From IMG/VR virus record IMGVR_UViG_3300028833_000071: a DNA stretch of 64,000 bases; one strand, 5' to 3'. The number at the start of each line of letters is the position of its first letter. Positions within the stretch are counted from its first letter, which is position 1. Of the stretch, positions 20,175 to 30,064 are shown piece by piece. This DNA is from a virus. Its lineage: Duplodnaviria; Caudoviricetes. The notes below the pieces were generated by a model that did not search any database, was not told the origin of the DNA, and worked only from the letters and a program-made list of their open reading frames with translations. A program made the position numbers and the translations under genes.

Positions 20175-20714
20175 ATGAGAAATTTTCCTGTTAAAATAGA
20201 AGATAAAGAATATTGGATAAGTCGTTCTTGTGCTGTTGTCGGCATTGTGTATAAGACAGATGGGAATGGTGATGTTATTAGTTTATTGGCCAATAAAAGA
20301 GGTATTGGCTGTCCCGATTATATAGGAAAATGGAATTTACCGTGTGGCTATTTGGATTATTATGAAACATTGAGACAAGCTGTTTCAAGAGAAGTACATG
20401 AAGAAACTGGTCTTGATATTCCTTATTATGTATGGAAATTGTGGTATGTCAATAGCGACCCAAATGATGAAAAGCAAACAGTTTCTTTTAGATTTATCAC
20501 CAAATTTGAAGAAGACTATGGGTCTTTTAATACAGATTTTTCGGAGCCAAATGAGGTTGAAGAAGTTAAATGGATTCCCGTAGATGAAATCTATAATTAT
20601 GAATGGGCCTTTAATCAACAAGAAGTTATTGGTGATTTTTTATTTACAATGAATAATCTTAAAATTATGGGAAAAATGGGTGTTGAACCCAATCTTAATA
20701 CAGTAATTTACTAA
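20175..20714 (+). CDS. Nudix hydrolase
   Basis: Nudix box GYLDYYETLRQAVSREVHEETGL. Confidence 0.9.
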   Translation: MRNFPVKIEDKEYWISRSCAVVGIVYKTDGNGDVISLLANKRGIGCPDYIGKWNLPCGYLDYYETLRQAVSREVHEETGLDIPYYVWKLWYVNSDPNDEKQTVSFRFITKFEEDYGSFNTDFSEPNEVEEVKWIPVDEIYNYEWAFNQQEVIGDFLFTMNNLKIMGKMGVEPNLNTVIY

Positions 20715-20725
20715 AAATTGTTATC

Positions 20726-20938
20726 ATGGGAAAAACTTACACACTTGACGAATTTAGAAATTTTGTTAAAAAAGAGGACCCATTTAAAATGGACCGTTTT
20801 GATATGGAGCATGGTAAGGCCTCTATACATAGATGCAATCTTGACAAATATTTAGAGAAGTATGCTTGTCGAGATGAAGAAGACCTTGGTGATACATTAT
20901 GGTATTCATACGGATGTTTAATTAAAATAATTGATTAA
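20726..20938 (+). CDS. Hypothetical protein
   Basis: ORF in operon. Confidence 0.55.
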   Translation: MGKTYTLDEFRNFVKKEDPFKMDRFDMEHGKASIHRCNLDKYLEKYACRDEEDLGDTLWYSYGCLIKIID

Positions 20939-20963
20939 TTTAAAATTTAAAAAATTATAATTT

Positions 20964-22109
20964 ATGTCACAAGTATTTTTAAGAAGAGGTGATTTTTATT
21001 CACAGACTGAAGGTAATTTCGATGTAATGCCAAATCTTGATGATGGCATATATCAGATACATCAAAACCCAATGACAGGGGAAATATTCCTTGAAAGAAT
21101 TGCTGATGAGTTTTTCTTTGGTTTTAAACTTTATGGCGTTGATGAAGTTTTTGTTGACCATGTTCTTAACACATACAACAAACAATCTTCAAAGCATAAC
21201 ATTGGTGTACTTTTGAATGGTGCAAAGGGTACAGGAAAAACAGTTACAGCTAAATTGTTATGTAATAAACTTGGTTTACCTGTTATTATAATAGATAGGC
21301 CCCTTAATGGCCTTGCTAATTTTTTGGCTAGTATTCACCATGATTGTGTCTATTTGTTTGATGAGTTTGAAAAAAATTTCAGACTTATTGATAAAGACGG
21401 TGAAGAACAAGCGGGGGAAAATTTACTTTCTATAATGGATGGCGTGTATAATGGTGAAAATTGTCACATCTTCATTATGACTACAAATGAGTTAAGAGTT
21501 AACAGCAATCTTTTGAGTAGACCGTCAAGAATTAGATACCTAAAGACTTTTGAAGATGTAATTGATAGACGAGTTCTTGAAGAATTTATTGATGATAATT
21601 TGAAATATCCTGAGTATAAACAAGAAATAATTGATTTCTTTGAAACATTGACTATTGGTACAATTGATATTCTTCAAAGTATAGTTGATGAAGTCAATCT
21701 ACATAACTGTGGTATTGATGAATTTAAGAAATTTTTCAATGTCAAAGAAGCTAAATACATTTATCAATGTAAATTTTGGACTGAAGATAAAGATACACCT
21801 AAAACCAAAAAGACAACACTTGAAGAGTTTGTTAAAAGGGCAAAAGCCCCTTATGGCAAATTTTCATGGTCGCCAAGTTATAATACCCTTGTATTGGAAA
21901 AAAACATTAAAAAATATAAGGTTGGCGATGTAATTAATAATAGGTGGATTATTAAAGAATTGCATTTAGATAAAAATACTATTATAGTGGATGATACACG
22001 TTATCAAAGCATTGCGTTTTACTTTTTTGAAAATATAGACGAGAAACCAAGTCTTTATGATATAACACACAGAGAAACTTATGGTTATGAATATGATTAC
22101 TATAACTAA
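20964..22109 (+). CDS. AAA+ ATPase
   Basis: GAKGTGKT, LFDEFEK, MTTN, RPSRIRY. Confidence 0.85.
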   Translation: MSQVFLRRGDFYSQTEGNFDVMPNLDDGIYQIHQNPMTGEIFLERIADEFFFGFKLYGVDEVFVDHVLNTYNKQSSKHNIGVLLNGAKGTGKTVTAKLLCNKLGLPVIIIDRPLNGLANFLASIHHDCVYLFDEFEKNFRLIDKDGEEQAGENLLSIMDGVYNGENCHIFIMTTNELRVNSNLLSRPSRIRYLKTFEDVIDRRVLEEFIDDNLKYPEYKQEIIDFFETLTIGTIDILQSIVDEVNLHNCGIDEFKKFFNVKEAKYIYQCKFWTEDKDTPKTKKTTLEEFVKRAKAPYGKFSWSPSYNTLVLEKNIKKYKVGDVINNRWIIKELHLDKNTIIVDDTRYQSIAFYFFENIDEKPSLYDITHRETYGYEYDYYN

Positions 22110-22117
22110 AAGGAGAA

Positions 22118-23524
22118 GTGGAAATGGTTAATTTGTTAAATCAACTTAAAAACAATGGGCTTCTATGGCTTTACTTTGGAACTTTAATTAGTTCAGACAA
22201 TATTTTAACCGTGGAAGATTGTGATAGGTCAATAGAACTTTTAAAGCAGACTAAAAAAGCCATTCCAAATTCAGAAATTTCTGAAGAAGAAAAAAAAGAA
22301 TTGCTTCAATTTTGTGATAATGGAATTAAAATTTGCGAAGCGGATAAAAATAATTTTTTAAAGGAAAAAAGAAATATGAATAATATTGGCACTATTAGTA
22401 TGGGCGTAAAAGCTCCTTTAATTAAAGAAGGTGACGATATTGTCGAAATTGTGACAAATTCAATCCTTGATGCGACAAGAGTAAATGGTGAAGTGGGTGT
22501 ATATTATGATTTGGACCATAATGATATTATTGGAATTACTGAATCAGTTGTTGCCCGTTCTCAGGGAAATTATGTGACCATTGATGAAATTGCTGACGAG
22601 ATTAAAACTAAATATGGTAAATATGCAATAATTGATGTCATTGAGCCGATTTATTCAAGAAATAGATTTGCCATGATATTAAAAGGTATCGCAAGAGGGG
22701 CTAAAAAGGTTAGAATTTTAATGCCACTAGTCGACGAAGTTGGCAATGTGCTCCATAATCATCCATTTACAAAGATGAATTATGATGAATATTATAAGGA
22801 AATTTGTGAAAATGAAGATTGTGAAGTTGAGATTTATAATGATATAGACTATTTGCAAAATGAAGAAAACCTTAATATTTTATTCTGTTATTTACATGTT
22901 TCCAATGAAGAAGCATTAAAGACATTTAATATGAATATAAATGGTTCTGTATCACATTGTTATTCTTTAACTGATATATGCAGTGATAAATGTGAATATG
23001 GCCTTCTTGGTTCAAATAAAGCCACTGAAGAAAAACTTAAACTTTTCCCAAGAAAGAAAGATTTAATTATTAACGGTAAATTGAATAAAGGTTCTGACCG
23101 TATTGTTGAAGAAATCAAGGAAAAAATTTTGGAGAAAACAGGCGCTGATGTAATTGTGACTGTATATGGCGATGGATGTTATAGAGATGCAATTTTTGGT
23201 ATATGGGAATTTGCAGACCCTGTGTCATTGGTTTCATACACAGATGCTAATATTATTGAGTCAACACCAAATGAGACAAAGATTAAATATATTATAGATA
23301 ATAAGTTTTCAAATTTAAATGGTGCTGAACTTGAGGAAGCAGTTAAAAATGAATTAAATGAAAATCAAAAGAAAGATTTAAAAGGTAATATGATTAGTCA
23401 AGGCACAACACCAAGAATGTATCGTGATTTAATTGCTTCACTTATGGATTTAACTACTGGTTCAGGTGGAAAGGGTACTCCATTGACATTAATTAAAAAT
23501 TACTTTAATAATTATTCAAATTAA
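22118..23524 (+). CDS. CofE/F420-0:gamma-glutamyl ligase-like protein with N-terminal extension
   Basis: GVKAPLIKEGDDIVEIV, ITESVVARSQGN, GTTPR...SLMDLTTGSGGKGTP. Confidence 0.7.
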   Translation: MEMVNLLNQLKNNGLLWLYFGTLISSDNILTVEDCDRSIELLKQTKKAIPNSEISEEEKKELLQFCDNGIKICEADKNNFLKEKRNMNNIGTISMGVKAPLIKEGDDIVEIVTNSILDATRVNGEVGVYYDLDHNDIIGITESVVARSQGNYVTIDEIADEIKTKYGKYAIIDVIEPIYSRNRFAMILKGIARGAKKVRILMPLVDEVGNVLHNHPFTKMNYDEYYKEICENEDCEVEIYNDIDYLQNEENLNILFCYLHVSNEEALKTFNMNINGSVSHCYSLTDICSDKCEYGLLGSNKATEEKLKLFPRKKDLIINGKLNKGSDRIVEEIKEKILEKTGADVIVTVYGDGCYRDAIFGIWEFADPVSLVSYTDANIIESTPNETKIKYIIDNKFSNLNGAELEEAVKNELNENQKKDLKGNMISQGTTPRMYRDLIASLMDLTTGSGGKGTPLTLIKNYFNNYSN

Positions 23525-23525
23525 A

Positions 23526-23963
23526 ATGAGAGAAAATTATTTAAAACCCGATAAGGATTTAATTGAGGAAATATGCCAAAAATACGGAGAAAGCGTAAGA
23601 GAAGCAGTAACAAAGGCAGTTGCTTCAAAAAATATTGATTTTCAAAAGACGCATAAACCGATTTATGAAATTGAAGATTATAAAAAGTATTACAGGCATT
23701 TGATACAATTGAATCCGAATGTTGCAATGTTGATACATTTATTTCAAAAAGATAATGATGATTCATGGGAATCTGTATGGCTTAATGATAACGAACAACA
23801 TTCAGCAGTTGAATATGACTGTATGAGAGAATCAGCCCATCAGCTAATACTTCAATTAGAAGGACATTGGTGTGATTTGTTTATTGAGGCACTTAGGGAT
23901 GAATGTGATAAAATTCTTAAAGAATCCGCTATTCAACAAAATAAAATGAAAAATAAAAAATAA
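23526..23963 (+). CDS. Hypothetical protein
   Basis: ORF in operon. Confidence 0.6.
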   Translation: MRENYLKPDKDLIEEICQKYGESVREAVTKAVASKNIDFQKTHKPIYEIEDYKKYYRHLIQLNPNVAMLIHLFQKDNDDSWESVWLNDNEQHSAVEYDCMRESAHQLILQLEGHWCDLFIEALRDECDKILKESAIQQNKMKNKK

Positions 23964-23965
23964 CG

Positions 23966-24367
23966 ATGATAATAACTGAATACAATTTAAAAGACAACGA
24001 AAAACTTTCTTCAAAAGAAGAAATAGAAAAGGATTATCCTGTTGTACATGATTTTCTTGAGTTTTTTAGTCAACAATATGTAATAACCAAAAACGAGGAA
24101 AAAGGTATTTATAAAATCCATCTTTTCACTGACAATTATGAATATACAATAATTGTATTTGAAAACTATTGTGGCGGTTTTACAACAGTGAGAAAACATG
24201 GCATAATGGAAAATTGGGACCGTGGTAATGATTTAGTTGACGGTGTACCATCACAGCAACTATTCACCAAGATAGCATTGTATATGATTAAAAATGAATT
24301 AATTGGACTTGGCGAAATTGAGTTTAAAAATTCGAATGAAATCTTTGGCCCAGAAGTAACTAAATAG
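23966..24367 (+). CDS. Hypothetical protein
   Basis: ORF in operon. Confidence 0.6.
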   Translation: MIITEYNLKDNEKLSSKEEIEKDYPVVHDFLEFFSQQYVITKNEEKGIYKIHLFTDNYEYTIIVFENYCGGFTTVRKHGIMENWDRGNDLVDGVPSQQLFTKIALYMIKNELIGLGEIEFKNSNEIFGPEVTK

Positions 24368-24370
24368 AAA

Positions 24371-24703
24371 ATGGAAAATAACTTTTTAATGGAAAAGCCT
24401 AACAATGAAAGGCTTAAACACTGTATGGTAAAGATATTCAAAGGAGTATCAATGCACGATTATATAACGGATTCAACATATAATGATTGGTGCAGTTTCT
24501 ATTTTCCCGAAGGCATAAAAGAAAAACTTGTTGATGATGAATATTATAAGGTGTGGTTTCAATACCATGAAGCGTCAGACCCTATGGATTCTTCTTGCCA
24601 ATATACAATCAACTATATAGAAGTGTGCAGGGAAGATATTAAACAATATTTGATGGAAAAAGAAAAATTCGAACCATTAATAATTGATTATCTGAAAAAA
24701 TAA
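24371..24703 (+). CDS. Hypothetical protein
   Basis: ORF in operon. Confidence 0.6.
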   Translation: MENNFLMEKPNNERLKHCMVKIFKGVSMHDYITDSTYNDWCSFYFPEGIKEKLVDDEYYKVWFQYHEASDPMDSSCQYTINYIEVCREDIKQYLMEKEKFEPLIIDYLKK

Positions 24704-24732
24704 TTGTATATTTAATAAAAAACAAATAAGTT

Positions 24733-25125
24733 ATGGCATTTAAAAAAATTAATTTAACAGAAGAGCACTTGAAACTCATTGAAAACATCAAGTTCGAAAA
24801 GTTTATATTCGACATGGACACTAGAAATGGCCGCTTTGGTTGGGGAATCGACCAATATAGTCTTTTCGGTGGTAGTTATGCCATGGAAGATATTGCTTTG
24901 ATTCTTGGCCATTGGGGTGAGTACATAAAAGGCACCGAGGAAGACCCTATGGGAAGACGCTATCCCGAAGAAATGGAAAACCATATGTGGGACCTTTATA
25001 ACTATTTGTGGGATAATATGGAATATATAATCAAACTTGTGTTTTACTTCACTAATAAAGGCGGATTAACACCTGGTGAATACAAATTTAACACAAATGA
25101 CGAAACTTGGGAGAAAATAAACTAA
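24733..25125 (+). CDS. Hypothetical protein
   Basis: ORF preceded by TTGTATATTT motif. Confidence 0.6.
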   Translation: MAFKKINLTEEHLKLIENIKFEKFIFDMDTRNGRFGWGIDQYSLFGGSYAMEDIALILGHWGEYIKGTEEDPMGRRYPEEMENHMWDLYNYLWDNMEYIIKLVFYFTNKGGLTPGEYKFNTNDETWEKIN

Positions 25126-25138
25126 AATTTTATAAATT

Positions 25139-25459
25139 ATGGTAAAAGGATATGATATTTTAACAGGCCAAGAAATAGAGAAACTGGCTGATTGTAATTA
25201 CAAAAAAATGTGCCTTAATTGTACTTCTTGTCTTTCAGACACAGAAAAATACAGATGTAATAACGAAAAAGTAATGGCTGTTGGAAAGAAAAAGATTATG
25301 GACAGTCTTCCTGAAGGTTATGAAATTGAAAGTATATCATTAAAACCCATGGAATTGAAAGACCCAACTAAGAAATGTAAAAACTATGCCGCCAATATTG
25401 AGCAAATTACACAATTTGTTAGGTTTTTCTATGAAAACCAAACTGAAGAAAATAATTGA
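25139..25459 (+). CDS. Hypothetical Cys-containing protein
   Basis: CLNCTSC...C...C; hairpin terminator at about 25482-25513. Confidence 0.6.
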   Translation: MVKGYDILTGQEIEKLADCNYKKMCLNCTSCLSDTEKYRCNNEKVMAVGKKKIMDSLPEGYEIESISLKPMELKDPTKKCKNYAANIEQITQFVRFFYENQTEENN

Positions 25460-25544
25460 TTAATTGAAATTTATGAAAACTAAAAGAGCACCTTGTTTAA
25501 GATGCTCTTTTTTGGTTGTTTATATTACTTTATTTAGAATATTA

Positions 25545-26045
25545 TTATTCTTTACCTAATTTTAAAATTTTCTTAACTGATTCATTAACCATATAGCATA
25601 AATCAGACATGGTAATATCCATTTTTTTGCTTTCACTTAATGTATTTGAAAGTTCATTTTTAAGGTGAAGTGCTTCTTCAGGACTTAAGTATTGTGGATT
25701 TCCATTACTATCTGGTTTATGGTTTAATTTTTTATAGAGTTTACTCCTTGCATTCTTATGCTCATTATCATCACCTTCTTTACCATTGCTGTCACTAATC
25801 GAAAGGCCTTCCAATTTGTATGCATAAGGAGCAATGTTTATGCCTGGTTTTTTCAATTCTTTTTCAACTGAGATTCTAACTTTGCGTTCTTTTTCAGTTT
25901 CATCATCAGAAGATTCATTGCTATTATAATCATAATCTTCACTTTCTTCATTATACATGTTGGAAAGGTCTGTTACACTCTCTTTAACTAATTTGTCTAT
26001 GATTTTATTAAGGCGTTGTTGCTCATTCATTATTTTCTTTTTCAT
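25545..26045 (-). CDS. Putative virion protein with tag peptide at both termini
   Basis: MNEQQRLNKIIDKLVKESV...LSESKKMDITMSDLCYMVNESVKKIL; CTATTTAT at 26063-26070. Confidence 0.65.
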   Translation of the reverse strand: MKKKIMNEQQRLNKIIDKLVKESVTDLSNMYNEESEDYDYNSNESSDDETEKERKVRISVEKELKKPGINIAPYAYKLEGLSISDSNGKEGDDNEHKNARSKLYKKLNHKPDSNGNPQYLSPEEALHLKNELSNTLSESKKMDITMSDLCYMVNESVKKILKLGKE

Positions 26046-26097
26046 GTAAAATATATTTTTACATAAATAGTTTTATTTTTCAAATTATTTGAAATTG

Positions 26098-26113
26098 TGG
26101 CATAGTTTTTGTA
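26098..26113 (+). promoter_or_regulatory. sigma54-like -24/-12 promoter
   Basis: TGGCATA-GTTT-TTGTA upstream of the DUF2828-like gene. Confidence 0.55.
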
Positions 26114-26232
26114 TATTAGTATTTGTGTTATTGAAAAAAAAAAGAAAATATTTTTTAAAAATTATTTGTTTTTTTAAAATTTCGTTTGTATATTATTTTT
26201 GTTGTTTAATTATGAACTTAAAATTGAAACAT

Positions 26233-27885
26233 ATGGCAAACATGAACAATGGATTTATTAAGGCCAATACAATTGGCGCAGGTGCAAATGACGCACGTAC
26301 AGAGAATGGTGCAATTTCTTACGCAACAATAGGTACAGCATTGCTTGACCAATTTGGTAAGGCAGGTTCTTTCCGTGGAAGAGAACTCATGGATGTATGG
26401 GCTGACCAATCTAAGTTGTGGTCGGAGGACCCTGAAAACGCTTTGAAGTTCCCATTCTATCTTAGAATGATTACCCGCCAATCAAACATTTTGAACGGCA
26501 ATAAGACCGAAAAGGTCCAAAAGGGTCAAGGTAATCGTGATGAATCTTTCAAGAGATTGCTTTGGATTGCTAAGTACCATCCGGAAGAGTTCTATCTTAA
26601 CCTTTGGTTGCTTCCTATCGTAGGCTCATGGAAGGATTTGTGGACATTGCTTTCATTCGAAGGTGCTGATGAGTATCTGAAAGCCAATAAGTTCTTCGAG
26701 GTTATGGCTGAGGGTATTTCTGACCCTAACCACAAGGACCTTGTAAAGAAGTATTTGCCTCGTATCCGTTCAGACAAGAAATGTACCACTCCATGGGCTA
26801 AGTCTACTAATATGTTGGCTAAACTCTTTGCTAGAACAGCTGGTTGGTCTTATAAGGAATATCGTGAGTTTAAGGCTACTGGTATTGCACATAAGTTCCA
26901 AACCTATATTTGCAAGGGCCTTTATAGCAGCATTGATTGGAAGACTATTCCTGGTAAGGCTTTGCTTAACCTTGTTAGTGGAAACTTCTTGAAGGCACAT
27001 AACCTTGAAGATAGTTACATTGAATGGTTGAAGAAGCAACCTGTAGCTAAGTTTAATGGTTATGCTTATGAACTTGGCCGTAAACTTAAGGAGTGCAAAC
27101 TTAATCCTAGTTTGGCTACCAAGATTACAATTGACAAGCAATTTGATGGACTTATTCAGACTGCATCAAAGAATAATGGTGCAATACAAGGAAATGTCCT
27201 CTGTGCTCTTGATACATCAGGCTCCATGACCTCATTGGTTGATGCTAAAAACAACATTTCAGCATATGATGTGTGTGTTTCACTTGGTATCTACTTCTCA
27301 GAGTTGAATCAAGGTGCATTCCATAATGTAGTTGCAATGTTTGATAATACATCAAGATTGATGACTCTATCAGGTACATTTACTGATAAGTATACACAAA
27401 TTGCTCGTAGTTCTGTCGCTTGGGGGTCAACCGATTATATGTCATTAGTGAATTTAATTGTCAAAACAAGAAGAGAACATCCCGAAATTCCGGTTGAAGA
27501 CTACTGTAAGACCATTTGCGTAATCTCTGATATGCAATTCAATCCTTCAAATAGTTGGACTTACAGAAATAATAAACTTGCAGAGCAAACAAATTATGAG
27601 GCTACGATTAAAAAACTTCGTGAAGTATTCCCTGAAGAGTTTGTTAAAGATTTTAAAATTATTTGGTGGTATTGTTCCAATTCAAGAACAAGCGATTTTC
27701 CATCTACTATGGAAGACTCAGGCACTTACATGTTATCTGGCTTTGATGGTGCTATCGTAAGTTTTGTGCTCGGAGGGGATATACCAACAAAGGTAGATGA
27801 AAATGGTAATACAGTACAGCCTTCAATGGAAGATATTGTTAATGCAGCTCTCAATCAGGAAGTACTAAGTTTGGTTAAAAACTAA
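26233..27885 (+). CDS. DUF2828 / TROVE-like protein with C-terminal vWA domain
   Basis: TENGA, KGQGNRD, GSWKDL, LDTSGSM, ISDMQF, MLSGF; codon usage suggests high expression. Confidence 0.8.
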   Translation: MANMNNGFIKANTIGAGANDARTENGAISYATIGTALLDQFGKAGSFRGRELMDVWADQSKLWSEDPENALKFPFYLRMITRQSNILNGNKTEKVQKGQGNRDESFKRLLWIAKYHPEEFYLNLWLLPIVGSWKDLWTLLSFEGADEYLKANKFFEVMAEGISDPNHKDLVKKYLPRIRSDKKCTTPWAKSTNMLAKLFARTAGWSYKEYREFKATGIAHKFQTYICKGLYSSIDWKTIPGKALLNLVSGNFLKAHNLEDSYIEWLKKQPVAKFNGYAYELGRKLKECKLNPSLATKITIDKQFDGLIQTASKNNGAIQGNVLCALDTSGSMTSLVDAKNNISAYDVCVSLGIYFSELNQGAFHNVVAMFDNTSRLMTLSGTFTDKYTQIARSSVAWGSTDYMSLVNLIVKTRREHPEIPVEDYCKTICVISDMQFNPSNSWTYRNNKLAEQTNYEATIKKLREVFPEEFVKDFKIIWWYCSNSRTSDFPSTMEDSGTYMLSGFDGAIVSFVLGGDIPTKVDENGNTVQPSMEDIVNAALNQEVLSLVKN

Positions 27886-27921
27886 GTATTTTTAATTAAA
27901 AAATCATTAAAAAAGAGGACC

Positions 27922-28890
27922 TTAGTGGTTCTCTTTTTTTGTTTTTAAATACAATAATAATTTGTTTTTATTAGTAAAATACTTTTCATCATCCACTTTT
28001 TCTTTAGTAAAATAAATTAATTCAACATTATTGTTTTCGCATAATTTTAATTTTTGTTTATCTCTTTCAATTTGTTTTTCAAATTCTTTTTCGTCACCAA
28101 ATAGTTTAACCGGTTGAAAATGTTGTTTTCCTTGACATTCAATGGCGATGTTATAATCAGGTAGATAAAAATCTATAAATTGATGACATAAAGTCAAATT
28201 ATTAATTAACCATTCAAAAGTTTTTTGTCTTTCAAAATTTATATTATTTTCTTTTAAAAAATTGTTAATTTCAGATTCTAAATGTGATTCTTTACATTGA
28301 GGACAACCTGATTTTGAAGTTAAATGATGGTCAGGTCTAACCCAAAAGTTTCCATGTTTTGGGCAGATTACGCAAACTTTTGTGTCACAATTAATATACT
28401 TAACTTTTGAATAATCATATACATTACCATGAATATTAACTGCTTTTTTTATAAATTCTTCAGTATTACTTCTTTGTGAGTTTCCTCGTTTATTATCATA
28501 GCATTTAATACAGCCACCACCTCTTAAATGATTATTTGGTGTTTGCCAGAATTCACCATGTTTAGGACATATAATACAAACTTTTGTCTGTGCATTCACA
28601 TATTCTACCTTGGAATAATCATATTTATCTCTATGAACTCTTTTCGCTTTTTCTACAAAATCTTTAGTAGAAGATAATTTTTCTTTTGATAAATTTTGAT
28701 AATGGCACTTTTTACAGTTGCATCCCTCTAAATGAGAACCTGGTTCTTGCCAAAATTCACCGTGTTCAGGACAAATTATACAAACTTTTGTATGGTTATT
28801 AACATATTCCACCTTGGAATAATCATATTTATTACCATGGATTTTTCTTGCTTTTTCAATAAATTCTTCTGTTGTTAAATTTTTAGACAT
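27922..28890 (-). CDS. Putative homing endonuclease (three YDYSKVEY...CPxHG repeats + PD-(D/E)XK/Vsr-like nuclease)
   Basis: Repeats HGNKYDYSKVEYVN..TKVCIICPEHGEFWQ; IDFYLPDYNIAIECQGKQH; late motif at 28905-28912. Confidence 0.8.
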   Translation of the reverse strand: MSKNLTTEEFIEKARKIHGNKYDYSKVEYVNNHTKVCIICPEHGEFWQEPGSHLEGCNCKKCHYQNLSKEKLSSTKDFVEKAKRVHRDKYDYSKVEYVNAQTKVCIICPKHGEFWQTPNNHLRGGGCIKCYDNKRGNSQRSNTEEFIKKAVNIHGNVYDYSKVKYINCDTKVCVICPKHGNFWVRPDHHLTSKSGCPQCKESHLESEINNFLKENNINFERQKTFEWLINNLTLCHQFIDFYLPDYNIAIECQGKQHFQPVKLFGDEKEFEKQIERDKQKLKLCENNNVELIYFTKEKVDDEKYFTNKNKLLLYLKTKKENH

Positions 28891-28953
28891 ATTGTTATTT
28901 TTTTATAAATAGTACTAATTTTTAGAAAATATTTGTTATATAACAAAATAAAT

Positions 28954-29814
28954 TCAAATCCAAAATAATTGTCCTTGTTTCATATTGGAATTTGGATGAA
29001 TATGTGGCCTAACGCCTTCGTTGATAAATTTATCTTTTTTAAGTTTAAATACTGTACGGGCGAATTTTCGTTCAAAACTTTTTATAACTTTTATTATAAA
29101 GTTAATAAATGATTCTTTTGATTTTCCGTTAAGATATTTTTCATCAATTTCGTTGCTTTTAAAGAATTTATAATTATCATAAAGTTTTTTAATCCAAATT
29201 GCTGCTTCAGTATTTTTAAGTATTTCGGCCCAATCGTCACAATAATTAACATTTGAAAGGTTTCCGTATAATCCATTAATCATGGCATCTTGTTCATTTC
29301 TGTCGGCACAATAATATACTTCTGCAATCCTTCTTGATATTTCGTTTTCAGATTCTAAATTTGAGATTGCTTTAAGATATTTGGGCGTAGGATATTTAGG
29401 CGATTGTAAAAAAGTATCCTTGAAAAAATGGTCTAATTCATGGTATATGGTATCATAAAATTCCTCATAATCATTATTTTCACCAATTGTATATAAAGGT
29501 ATCATAATCATATTTGTTATTGGGTTATAAGATTGCAAAATTATATGATTTGCCTGAAAATCTTCTTTTTCTTCAATGGTTTCAAAATAATAATTTGTAA
29601 CATAGATTGATACCCTTTTATTATTTAATGTAACAGTTTCTTTGTAATTTTTAACTAAAGTACCGTCATTTCGTTTTGTGAAATTTAATGAAGTTAAACT
29701 TTTGGTAATTGAATTAGCCGTTGCCTTAGCCACTTCATCGAAATCATTATTAATCCCAAATTCTTCTGTTATCAATCTATTAATCCGTTGTCTAAATATT
29801 TCGTCTCTTTTCAT
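28954..29814 (-). CDS. Putative zincin metallopeptidase with N-terminal RINRLITEE peptide
   Basis: TIYHELDH...NEQDA; variant late motif GTATTTAT at 29830-29837. Confidence 0.55.
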   Translation of the reverse strand: MKRDEIFRQRINRLITEEFGINNDFDEVAKATANSITKSLTSLNFTKRNDGTLVKNYKETVTLNNKRVSIYVTNYYFETIEEKEDFQANHIILQSYNPITNMIMIPLYTIGENNDYEEFYDTIYHELDHFFKDTFLQSPKYPTPKYLKAISNLESENEISRRIAEVYYCADRNEQDAMINGLYGNLSNVNYCDDWAEILKNTEAAIWIKKLYDNYKFFKSNEIDEKYLNGKSKESFINFIIKVIKSFERKFARTVFKLKKDKFINEGVRPHIHPNSNMKQGQLFWI

Positions 29815-29902
29815 AATAAAGAATTTTCAATAAATACTATGATATTTTTGATTATTTTCAATAAAATTTGTAAATTTAAATTAAAATGTTATAAATTAAA
29901 AT

Positions 29903-30064
29903 ATGGCAAAGAAAACACAAACTTCATCATTTGGCGTTTCTGAAAAAGTAAATCATAATTCAGAAAGATTTTATAATTCAAAATTATATGAAGATATAAA
30001 GTTAAATAATATAGTAGAAATAGCAAATAATAGAATTTTAAACATAACAAATTATGAAAAATAA
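29903..30064 (+). pseudogene. Short ORF resembling the N-terminus of an N4/N6 DNA methyltransferase (remnant)
   Basis: MAKKTQTSSFGVSEKVNHNSERFYNSKLYE, stopping after 53 aa; recognised from memory only. Confidence 0.4.

Noticed and set aside
23966-24703. TAG recoding (Lak-phage-like code 15); the TAG at 24365 is in frame with the next ORF
   Set aside because: Long genes, including late ones, are intact in the standard code and coding density is high; one in-frame TAG junction is insufficient.
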